Shown here one piece after another: positions 55,256 to 63,404 of a stretch of 64,000 nt of DNA; position 1 is the first letter of the stretch, and each line of letters starts with the position of its first letter. The stretch covers positions 1 through 64,000 of the IMG/VR virus record IMGVR_UViG_3300033067_000181. One strand, given 5' to 3'. The position numbers were made by a program, and so were the translations under genes. The DNA comes from a virus (taxonomy: Duplodnaviria > Caudoviricetes). Below the pieces are notes generated by a model, which searched no databases, had not been told where the DNA came from, and worked only from the letters and a program-made list of their open reading frames with translations.

Positions 55256-56497
55256 ATGATAAAAATTGATTATACAACTCTAGCTAAAAATCCAACGCTT
55301 GGTTATTACGAAATTGGTAACAAAGTGTATTGGGATAAAGCAAGTGCCCTAATGGAAGGGACTAAGCAAGGACTTCAGCACGATGATATCCACTGGAATT
55401 TCAATGATGCTGAATTTGGAAATTTCAATTGGGAAGAAGAGCCACCGGGAGATATTAGGGATTACTACAATGCCCGAGCTCGGGAAATTCGTGAAAAGTA
55501 CGATTACCTGATTTTAAACTGTAGTGGTGGCGCAGACTCAACAACAATGCTTTATGCCTTTATAAATCAAGGACTACATGTTGACGAAGTATTTGTTCGA
55601 CATGCAACATCGGGCACCAACAACTATGGAGCGTCTGACCTAAATTTTAGTGCTAGCAATGAATTTAGTGAATTTGAGTTTGCAGCCTTGCCTTTGCTAA
55701 AGTGGCTCAAAAATGCTAGCCCGAACACAAAGATAACAGTACACGATTTCAGTGCAGATATTATTAACGATGACCTAACGTGGGACGAGAATTTTATTCA
55801 TTGGTGCGGCGACTATGTTACTCCTGGGTGCGTAGTAAGGTACACTCATGCAAGTCAGAAAGAAAGTTTAGATCTATTTGACAAAGGCAAAAAAATTGGT
55901 ATTATATTTGGCATTGATAAGCCCAGAGTGTTTATTGATGAAGAAAACAAATTCCAGCTAATGTTTGTTGACCGTGCAACACATTCAGCGACACCAGCAG
56001 CAGTACAAAACGGATACAATAATACAGAAGTGGAATTGTTTTATTGGCACCCAAATGCCATGCAACTGTTGGCCAAGCAGTGCCATTTAATTAAGCGTTG
56101 GCTAGAGTACCCACAGAACAACCGTTTCCGTTATATGTTTAACCGATTCTGGTTAAGACGAACTAGTAACAGAACAGCGTATGAATCGTTGATTAAAGGG
56201 ATTATCTACCCTGACTATGATTTATCAACGTTTCAGTGCGATAAACCTATTAGATCAGTATTTCAAGAATGGGATTACTGGATTAACAACTTTAAAGACA
56301 GTGCAGGCTACAAGACCTTTATGCGAGGAATGATGCACTTGTACAAGAACATTGACCATCAGTTTCTAGCCATAAATGCAACTGGGCTGTCTGGTATGCA
56401 AAGCAATATATCCGGGACTTCATGGGAATATAAAATCTGCACCAGTAATTTTTATTGCTTGGGCAGCATGAAGGAAGAAATTGTATTAGCGGTGTAA
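55256..56497 (+). CDS. PP-loop (adenine nucleotide alpha-hydrolase) ATPase family protein
   Basis: LILNCSGGADS (SGGxDS PP-loop) and GIDKP motif. Confidence 0.75.
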   Translation: MIKIDYTTLAKNPTLGYYEIGNKVYWDKASALMEGTKQGLQHDDIHWNFNDAEFGNFNWEEEPPGDIRDYYNARAREIREKYDYLILNCSGGADSTTMLYAFINQGLHVDEVFVRHATSGTNNYGASDLNFSASNEFSEFEFAALPLLKWLKNASPNTKITVHDFSADIINDDLTWDENFIHWCGDYVTPGCVVRYTHASQKESLDLFDKGKKIGIIFGIDKPRVFIDEENKFQLMFVDRATHSATPAAVQNGYNNTEVELFYWHPNAMQLLAKQCHLIKRWLEYPQNNRFRYMFNRFWLRRTSNRTAYESLIKGIIYPDYDLSTFQCDKPIRSVFQEWDYWINNFKDSAGYKTFMRGMMHLYKNIDHQFLAINATGLSGMQSNISGTSWEYKICTSNFYCLGSMKEEIVLAV

Positions 56498-56527
56498 TGT
56501 ATAAAGAAATTGATAAATAAATTAGCA

Positions 56528-56569
56528 ATGTTAGCATGGCTAACAACCACATTCAACCGCCTTCTGTAA
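56528..56569 (+). other. Possible 13-codon leader ORF MLAWLTTTFNRLL upstream of dctP
   Basis: The ATG lies 8 nt after TAAATA (56514-56519). TAA is at 56567-56569. Confidence 0.3.
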
Positions 56570-56611
56570 CGGGCACCCCCTGCTAGCAACAACTTTCTAA
56601 AGGAAAAATAA

Positions 56612-57559
56612 ATGACACAAGCAATTAAAGTACGTTGGGTATTAGCACACGAACCTATCGAGTTGTTCATTCGTGCAGCAAAAGTATTCGCAGCCGAAGT
56701 AGAAGCAAAAGCACCCGGCAAATTAGATATCGAAGTTATGACAATGAGTGAATACTCTACCAAATATAACGACGGTGTATTAGTCACTAAGCATGAGCTA
56801 GTAGACTTACTAGACAGTGGCAAAATTGAAATGAGCCAAACTTACACAATCACATTGGGTAAAGTTAACAAGGACTTTTTCGCACTAGACTTGCCATTCT
56901 TGTTTAAAGATCACGACCATGCAGGCCGTGTTTTTGAAGGCGCAGTTGGTAAGCAATTACTAGACAGCTTACAAGAAAGTAAGAAGATCAAAGGTCTAGC
57001 TTTCACATACAGCGGCGGCTTCCGTATTATTCCTGGTAACGAGCCAGTGAGCAAGATCGAAGACTTACGTGGTATGAAAGTACGTACCAGCTTTAGCCCT
57101 GTTGCTATTGACACATTCAAAGCAGTTGGTGCAGATGTAGTCCCAATGGAACTTGAAGAACTAACTACCGGGCTAGAACAAGCCGATGTCGCAATCGGTG
57201 AAAGCACTTACCCACGTGTATATGCACTAGGTCAAGACAAGGTATCCAAAGTTATTAACCACACTGAACACAGCTTGTTCTTGACAAGCATTTTAGTTGG
57301 CAGCGACTTCTGGTCTACACTAGATGCAGACTTGCAACAAGTAGTAGCAGATGCAGCTCTAGTAGCAGCACGTCACGAACGTGAGTTGAGCATTGCTGAC
57401 ATTGCATTGGTTCAAGACCGTGCAACAGCAGACGGCATTGAAGTTGTTAAAATGGATGCAATTGAACAAGCTCGTTTTGCAGAAGCAACACAAGGTGTTT
57501 ATGCCAAGTACCAAGACTACTTTACCGCTGGTCTAGTAGACAGCATCAAAAAGCAGTAA
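56612..57559 (+). CDS. dctP: TRAP transporter DctP-family solute-binding protein without a signal peptide
   Basis: LDLPFLF, YSGGFR, DLRGMKVR (conserved carboxylate-binding Arg), and VPM motifs. The N-terminus has no hydrophobic signal. Confidence 0.88.
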   Translation: MTQAIKVRWVLAHEPIELFIRAAKVFAAEVEAKAPGKLDIEVMTMSEYSTKYNDGVLVTKHELVDLLDSGKIEMSQTYTITLGKVNKDFFALDLPFLFKDHDHAGRVFEGAVGKQLLDSLQESKKIKGLAFTYSGGFRIIPGNEPVSKIEDLRGMKVRTSFSPVAIDTFKAVGADVVPMELEELTTGLEQADVAIGESTYPRVYALGQDKVSKVINHTEHSLFLTSILVGSDFWSTLDADLQQVVADAALVAARHERELSIADIALVQDRATADGIEVVKMDAIEQARFAEATQGVYAKYQDYFTAGLVDSIKKQ

Positions 57560-57574
57560 TATACCCTGCTCAAT

Positions 57575-57601
57575 AAAAGGACCTTCGGGTCCTTTTCTTT
57601 T
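57575..57601 (+). terminator. Rho-independent terminator with UUCG loop
   Basis: aaaaggacc-ttcg-ggtcctttt followed by ctttt. Confidence 0.88.
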
Positions 57602-57610
57602 AAATACACT

Positions 57611-58303
57611 ATGAACGTAAAATTACAGTCTGGGAAATTTACCAATAAACTAATAATAAACAGCAAAACCGATGAGCCGGAATATGTATTATTGTTTATT
57701 CCGGGTGGTACAAAAGTCAATCACGTGCCGTTCCATCTAGTAACGTGGTGGGTTGAACAAAAAGTAGACGTAGCAGTATTTGACCATACAGAAAATTTTG
57801 TCGAAATGCCAGCAAGGTTCCGGTCTAGTAGAGATCGTCGATCAATGCTGTTAGATGCTATTGAATTTTTAGCAGACAAGTACAAATCGAAAAATATAGT
57901 ATGCTTGGGTCATAGTTTTGGCGGCATCGAAGCTGCTCATTTAGCAATGACAGGAAACGATAAAATCAAGAAAGTAGTGATCAGCAATGGCACATGGGTA
58001 AACGATCCATCGGCGAGTTTTTTCTGTAAAGACGGCGATATACGAAACTTCAATGGCGCCGAAGTATCAATCCCAACACTCATAGTTCATCACGCAAACG
58101 ATTTAACTAAAATGTGTCCTTACTCAATTGCCGAGCAGCACATGGAGCACTTGCCAGGGATTACAGTTCTAAATGGATTCCCTCATTTGGGAATTTGGGA
58201 AACTGATGCAGGCCCCCACTTTTATACAGGGCAAGAAGCAGCGGTGTTTGATAACATACATAGATGGTTTAAAGACGAATCGCACTCAAAATATATTGGG
58301 TAA
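57611..58303 (+). CDS. Alpha/beta hydrolase
   Basis: Nucleophile elbow CLGHSFGG, PTLIVHHANDL (Asp), and GPHFY (His). Confidence 0.85.
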   Translation: MNVKLQSGKFTNKLIINSKTDEPEYVLLFIPGGTKVNHVPFHLVTWWVEQKVDVAVFDHTENFVEMPARFRSSRDRRSMLLDAIEFLADKYKSKNIVCLGHSFGGIEAAHLAMTGNDKIKKVVISNGTWVNDPSASFFCKDGDIRNFNGAEVSIPTLIVHHANDLTKMCPYSIAEQHMEHLPGITVLNGFPHLGIWETDAGPHFYTGQEAAVFDNIHRWFKDESHSKYIG

Positions 58304-58310
58304 ATACATT

Positions 58311-58805
58311 ATGACTAAAAAATTAGAATCCCTATTCAATTTACCGGAAGTTGGCGAAGGCGCAACTAGCGAAGAAGTTAAACAGGTAATTGAAGAAAAC
58401 CGCGACATCATCACTCAAGTGGACGAAGCTATTGACAAAATTGATGCAGCACTACCGGGAATCACAGACTTAGATTCAATTGACGCAGATTTAGACGAGT
58501 TAGCAAAGTTAGCAAAGGACAAAGCAGAAGACCTATTAGATTTAGGGATGAATGTTGATCCACGTTTTGGGGGTGTTATTTTCCAAACTGCAAGCCAATT
58601 ATTAGGGCACAGCATTGCAGCTAAAACAGCTAAAATGGATAAAAAGCTAAAGCAGATCCAATTGCAATTACAAAAAGCCAAGTTTGACCATCAGGTTAAA
58701 AAGGATTCCGGTAAAGCTGAGGAAGAACCGGAAGATGGCAAAGGAATGCTACTAGATCGTAACGCTTTACTAGCGTCTATCCTAGAAAAGTCTAAGAAAC
58801 AATAA
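58311..58805 (+). CDS. Probable terminase small subunit (gp16-like)
   Basis: Helical 164-aa protein with ELAKLA...LLDLGMNV.PRF...F..ASQLL...KLK and DRNALL. It has a late promoter and lies upstream of the large terminase. This is a pattern-level resemblance only. Confidence 0.5.
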   Translation: MTKKLESLFNLPEVGEGATSEEVKQVIEENRDIITQVDEAIDKIDAALPGITDLDSIDADLDELAKLAKDKAEDLLDLGMNVDPRFGGVIFQTASQLLGHSIAAKTAKMDKKLKQIQLQLQKAKFDHQVKKDSGKAEEEPEDGKGMLLDRNALLASILEKSKKQ

Positions 58806-58827
58806 ATATACAATAGAGGAATTCGCG

Positions 58828-59421
58828 ATGAAACCATACCAACAATATGTGTTTGAGCTTAACAAATCATACGATTACACTGTTAAGATTGCAGGCACTA
58901 ACCCGCAAGGTGACGTTATGGAGCGTATTAAAAACGCTTTAAACGCTCACGACTTAGAAAGCGTATCCAGCCCTAAGAGCATGCCTATTCAGGAACACCG
59001 TGAGTTTCCTAAAATGGGTTCATGCGAATGCTGGATCTTTGAAGTAACAATTAAGTACCCAACCACCCCAGAACAATTACGTCAACTTATTAAAGAACGT
59101 GCTGGCATTAACGCTGATTGCGTTTGTGTATGGCCTAAGAACCAACGTGACTTTAATGAAGAATTTGAAGCACATGGCAAGGATCACGAAGGTGCGTTGC
59201 TAGATCAACCAGAGTTAAAAGCAGATGAAGGCGGACAAGAGCTTGTTGGACAAGCACGCCGCGACAGTATGCTAAAAGAGCTATCTAGCCGCACATACGA
59301 ATTCGCTGCAAAAAGCGAAGCAGACGGCAAAACAATGGACGCATCTCCTGCAGGCACTGACAGTCCTGTTGGCAGTAAACAAGTTAAATTACCGACACCA
59401 CCAAAAGGATCAGTACGATGA
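58828..59421 (+). CDS. Hypothetical virion protein with a capsid-targeting-like N-terminus
   Basis: Starts MKPYQQYVFE, with TAAATA upstream (58803). Confidence 0.7.
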   Translation: MKPYQQYVFELNKSYDYTVKIAGTNPQGDVMERIKNALNAHDLESVSSPKSMPIQEHREFPKMGSCECWIFEVTIKYPTTPEQLRQLIKERAGINADCVCVWPKNQRDFNEEFEAHGKDHEGALLDQPELKADEGGQELVGQARRDSMLKELSSRTYEFAAKSEADGKTMDASPAGTDSPVGSKQVKLPTPPKGSVR

Positions 59422-61067
59422 GCAACAGTAACGGAATGTACAACGTTCTAAACATCTTTAAGAAATTAGAACCTACACAAGAACAACAGGTTAAAGCAGA
59501 AGCACAATCAATTTACGAAAGTGTTGAAGCTAAAGGGTCTATCCTTGAAGGCGTAAAAGGCGTTGAGGAAAAACTAAACGAAAAGTACATGGGCTTTAAG
59601 AAAGTTGCAGCAGCAGCTAAAGCCGGTGGTGCAGAAAACCCAGAAGCCGTTGCAGCCAGCATTGGTCGTAAAAAGTATGGCAAGAAAGTATTCCAGAAAG
59701 CAGCAGCGTCTGGTAAGAAAATGCGTGAAGGCCAAGTTGATCAAAACAACGACGGAAAGCATGATTTTGAAGACGTTAAAGTTGCTAGAATGAAAGCAGC
59801 TCTTAAGGGCAAGAACAAAGGCGAAGAACAAGTTGACGAAATGTTTGCTTTTGATACCAAGCCAGGTAAAAATACAGGCAAGCCAGATGAGTTAGCTCGT
59901 CGTGCTAAGTTGGGCAAAAACCCATTGGCTAAAGGTAGCCCTCATGCTAGTGAGTACAAGACAAAAGGCAAGTACGGAAATGCTTATGACGTTGCTGGCC
60001 CTAAAGGTGTATTGCCAGAAGGTGAACGTGAAGATAATCCACGTATTCCTGGAACAGATAAGACAGCTAAGTCTCGTTACAATCCAACAAACAAGCCTGC
60101 TCCAGTTAAGAAACTAGACAAGCCAACTGACAAGTTTGACAAGATCAAGAACGAAAGCCGTACACGCCAAATCGCGGAAGGCATTAACTTTGCTGAAATG
60201 ATGCGTGAAACTGATAATGGTATAGCTGAAATGTTGGGCGAAATTCAGTCTGATATTGATTCTTTCAAGAAGACTGGACATTGCAGTGACAAGTTAGAAG
60301 CATTCTTGAAGATCCACAATCACGGTAAGCGTTTGATGGGCGAAGCAGTTCCAAAAGGCGATAGCTTTGCTCCACAAGATGCAATGGCTTTAGCTAAACC
60401 AACTAAGCCATTTGTACCAAGCCGCACACAAGGTACACCATCTATTTTAGATCGTGCTAAGGACGCTGTTGGTTCTGTTGCTAGCGGCATTAACAAAGTT
60501 ATCGGCCACGGCAGCGATGAAGAATTGTTAGCAGACTTGCGTAACAAGAGTACCTTTGAAGATGCTGAACTAAATGAATTAGCACGTTTAGCTGGTCTAA
60601 CTGAAAACTGCGAAATGACAATCGGCCAAGGCGCTATGGATATGGAAGAGCAGCAAGGTCGCATCAACGTTAGCACAAACGCTAGCACAGATGGTAACAA
60701 GAACGTTACTATCACAGCAGACGGCGATGCAGCAGATCAACTAATGTCTATGCTAAAAATGGCAGGTATGGGTGACAGCGAAGCACATGCTCGTTTAGCA
60801 GCTGAGCCAGAAGCAATCGAAGTTGAAATGGACGAAGCAGAAGAGCAATATGCTAACGCTCCGGAAGAGTGCTATCAAGGTCAAGATGTAATTACACATC
60901 AAGGTCAAGATATGAACCGTGAGAAGAAGCAGTTTGCTGGTATGCCAAAAGCTGGCGATAACCCAATGGCTACACCACAGTTGCAAGCATTAGAAAGCAT
61001 GGACCCAATGGATGACATGGGCCGTCGTTTAATGCGTGAATACCAATCTCTAAAGCTAAAAAGCTAA
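59418..61067 (+). CDS. Charged low-complexity probable head-internal protein
   Basis: Alternating Lys-rich and Glu-rich blocks, many L/I-x-E sites, and an EF-hand-like DQNNDGKHDFED. Confidence 0.65.
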   Translation: MSNSNGMYNVLNIFKKLEPTQEQQVKAEAQSIYESVEAKGSILEGVKGVEEKLNEKYMGFKKVAAAAKAGGAENPEAVAASIGRKKYGKKVFQKAAASGKKMREGQVDQNNDGKHDFEDVKVARMKAALKGKNKGEEQVDEMFAFDTKPGKNTGKPDELARRAKLGKNPLAKGSPHASEYKTKGKYGNAYDVAGPKGVLPEGEREDNPRIPGTDKTAKSRYNPTNKPAPVKKLDKPTDKFDKIKNESRTRQIAEGINFAEMMRETDNGIAEMLGEIQSDIDSFKKTGHCSDKLEAFLKIHNHGKRLMGEAVPKGDSFAPQDAMALAKPTKPFVPSRTQGTPSILDRAKDAVGSVASGINKVIGHGSDEELLADLRNKSTFEDAELNELARLAGLTENCEMTIGQGAMDMEEQQGRINVSTNASTDGNKNVTITADGDAADQLMSMLKMAGMGDSEAHARLAAEPEAIEVEMDEAEEQYANAPEECYQGQDVITHQGQDMNREKKQFAGMPKAGDNPMATPQLQALESMDPMDDMGRRLMREYQSLKLKS

Positions 61068-61104
61068 AATCTTTTGGGACGGGAGTTAATGCTTAAATAT
61101 TTCT

Positions 61105-61917
61105 ATGGATAAAACAGACTTTTCGTCAGTCGATCACATTGAATATTATTTAGGCAAAGAAACACTCCCGAACTTGCATTGGAAGACTGAGATTCCAGCA
61201 CAGTGGAATATTCCTGCTAGAACAGACACTGGAATATTCCACACTGATAAGGTTAAAAATGCAACCATTTCTACACCATTCAATGAAGTCGCGTACACTT
61301 TTAATAACTTAGGTTACAGAAGCAACTTCGATTTTACAGACGATCTTAAAAACCAAAATGTTATCTTGTTACTTGGATGTAGCGATGCTTTTGGTTTTTT
61401 GCTTGAGTATCAATATACTTACGCCAACATCTTAGAAAAAACACTAGGTAAAAATTTTACTATAGTAAACCTATCAGTTGCTGGTGCAAGTCCTGATATG
61501 GCTGTTAGGATTGGTACGCAAGCAATTCAGCATCTAGGATCTGCGGTAAAGCATGTTTGCATGTTATGGCCGATGTTTTCACTGCGTGAATTTGTAAGTA
61601 AAACATTTTCGTCGGGTGTACATGTATTAGGCGAAGCATCATTGCCGTACAAAGATTGGTGGGATCATGTCGATTGGGTAAGTAACAATTACAATTTCCA
61701 AAAGAATCGAGCGTTAATTACGTCAGTTACAGCAGCAAACAGCGCCCAGTATCATGAGCTAATTTTAAATCGCAAAGACGGAAAAATTCCATTTGATGTT
61801 ATAAACAATCCGCCATATACTGCCCTTGGAAAAAATTCCCACACAGCGATAGCTAGATTTTTTATTAAAAAAATAAAACAGGCCCCGAGTTTCTTTGAAA
61901 CATGTACGCAATCGTAG
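61105..61917 (+). CDS. SGNH/GDSL-like hydrolase or acyl-handling protein
   Basis: FNNLGYRS, LLLGCSDAFG (GDS-like block I), and VNLSVAGASPD (block II). TAAATA lies 5 nt before the ATG. Confidence 0.6.
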   Translation: MDKTDFSSVDHIEYYLGKETLPNLHWKTEIPAQWNIPARTDTGIFHTDKVKNATISTPFNEVAYTFNNLGYRSNFDFTDDLKNQNVILLLGCSDAFGFLLEYQYTYANILEKTLGKNFTIVNLSVAGASPDMAVRIGTQAIQHLGSAVKHVCMLWPMFSLREFVSKTFSSGVHVLGEASLPYKDWWDHVDWVSNNYNFQKNRALITSVTAANSAQYHELILNRKDGKIPFDVINNPPYTALGKNSHTAIARFFIKKIKQAPSFFETCTQS

Positions 61918-61983
61918 TTTAAATTGGTAAAACACTAATATGCCCTATTAGTACGAAGGTTCGACTCCTGCCCGATTGCTCCA
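61908..61983 (+). tRNA. Atypical tRNA-Gly(GCC), 76 nt with encoded CCA
   Basis: 7-bp acceptor GCAATCG/CGATTGC, U73, CCA; D-arm GTTT/AAAC with GG; anticodon stem CTAAT/ATTAG with loop ATGCCCT; GGTTCGACTCC T-arm. Deviations: A50.G64 mismatch, an extra C at 61972, C37, and A32/U38. Confidence 0.75.
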
Positions 61984-62003
61984 AAGTTGTATAAATATTA
62001 AGT

Positions 62004-62384
62004 ATGAAAATAAACGAAGTTATTGTAGAAACTAGAGCTGGTAAAGTACCCAATGGGTATAAAGAGGCCAGTACCGGTATCCAAACATTTAGCGATAAAG
62101 AAGGATCCAATACGGATTACACTCACTATCGCTTAGGATTGGCTCTTGCTAGCTGCGATGGCAAGACTCCATTAGTAGACATGGATCCAAAATCGTTTTA
62201 TGGTAAAAAGCACACTGCTCATCCTTACACCCAAGAAGAAGCAGCGATGCTAAAGCAAGCATACAAAATAGCCGGCGCAGACTCTAGTGATTTAAACAAC
62301 GGCAATTTGAATAGTATGGAGCTTTCGGACACAAACAAGTCCAGCACTACTGCTAAACCAAAGAAAAACCGTTACGGAGTATAA
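62004..62384 (+). CDS. Hypothetical protein with a capsid-targeting-like N-terminus
   Basis: Starts MKINEVIVE. A full T4 late consensus TATAAATA lies at 61990-61997. Confidence 0.7.
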   Translation: MKINEVIVETRAGKVPNGYKEASTGIQTFSDKEGSNTDYTHYRLGLALASCDGKTPLVDMDPKSFYGKKHTAHPYTQEEAAMLKQAYKIAGADSSDLNNGNLNSMELSDTNKSSTTAKPKKNRYGV

Positions 62385-62764
62385 TGAAGCAGTATCGAAT
62401 TACTTCGTCGGACTATGTGCAACCTGCAGAAACTGCACTAATCCCTGATGCTGTACTACATGATCCAGCAGCACTTGAGCTGCATGACTTAGCACGTATA
62501 CAAGAATTGGCAGGCATTGTTGAAGGCCGTGACAAAGCGGCTACAGCAACGTTTAATAACCCCAGCGGCTTACGCAGTCCTGTAGCGGTTGCCAATGAAA
62601 AGAAGCAAATAGAAAAAGAACAAAACATTAAGCCCGGAAGCCCAGAGTGGTTCCGTTTGTGGTTTGCTAAACCAGAGCTCACAGGCGAAAAGCCGGTCGG
62701 TGATGAAACCGCCGGCTATACTAACAGCTTAATGTCAGTTAATGTTCCGAATCCTAACCGTTAA
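62384..62764 (+). CDS. Hypothetical protein
   Basis: Coupled start (TAATG) and an IKPGSPEWFRLWFAKP motif. Confidence 0.7.
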   Translation: MKQYRITSSDYVQPAETALIPDAVLHDPAALELHDLARIQELAGIVEGRDKAATATFNNPSGLRSPVAVANEKKQIEKEQNIKPGSPEWFRLWFAKPELTGEKPVGDETAGYTNSLMSVNVPNPNR

Positions 62765-63287
62765 CTACTTTACGGTCAACACCCAAATAACGCAACCAGC
62801 TTTCGTGGCCTACGTGGAAAGGGCGATCCTTCCAAGTTTTAATTAGGCTGTGGTAGGTTGGGATAAAAGGCATACGCAGAGGTTTCTGCAACTTGTGGCC
62901 TTTTTTGCTGTTACATGCCTTGCAGCTTGTTACACAGTTTTCCCAGCTTGTTCCGCCGCCCATTGCACGTGGAATTACGTGGTCAATAGTTAGTTCGCTA
63001 GTGTGAAAAGTGTCGCTACAGTATTGGCACTGATATAGGTCACGCAAATACAAGTTATGGCGACTGAACTTTACACCCTTCTTAAAATTGTAGTATTCCT
63101 TTGTAACCGCAACCGCTGGAACATTGATACTCATATGTTCGCTGCGAATAACGCGATCTTCGTAGGATTCCAAAACCGTAATACGATCCAAGAAGTACAA
63201 TTTTAAAGCATGCTGCCAGCCGATAACACTTAGCGGTAGGATGCTAATTGGTTGGTGGTCTGCATTTAGTAGTAATGTATCTGCCAT
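62754..63287 (-). CDS. HNH endonuclease (McrA-like)
   Basis: LLLNAD..P, RD.YQCQYC, LTIDHVIPRAMGG.TSWENCVTSCKACNSKK motifs. ATG 63287 is preferred. Confidence 0.92.
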   Translation of the reverse strand: MADTLLLNADHQPISILPLSVIGWQHALKLYFLDRITVLESYEDRVIRSEHMSINVPAVAVTKEYYNFKKGVKFSRHNLYLRDLYQCQYCSDTFHTSELTIDHVIPRAMGGGTSWENCVTSCKACNSKKGHKLQKPLRMPFIPTYHSLIKTWKDRPFHVGHESWLRYLGVDRKVVNG

Positions 63288-63336
63288 TTTGTTCTCATTT
63301 CGAAAAGTTAAAGACCCACATGTATTTAACCCGCTC

Positions 63337-63365
63337 AGTTTAGCAGAAATGCCCTTTTTTGTCAA
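63337..63365 (-). promoter_or_regulatory. Sigma70-type promoter for the HNH gene
   Basis: Minus strand TTGACA, a 17-nt spacer ending TGC, then TAAACT. An additional TAAATA lies at 63323-63328. Confidence 0.7.
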
Positions 63366-63404
63366 TCAAATTAACATAAACGGCACATATTATGTAAATA
63401 CAGT

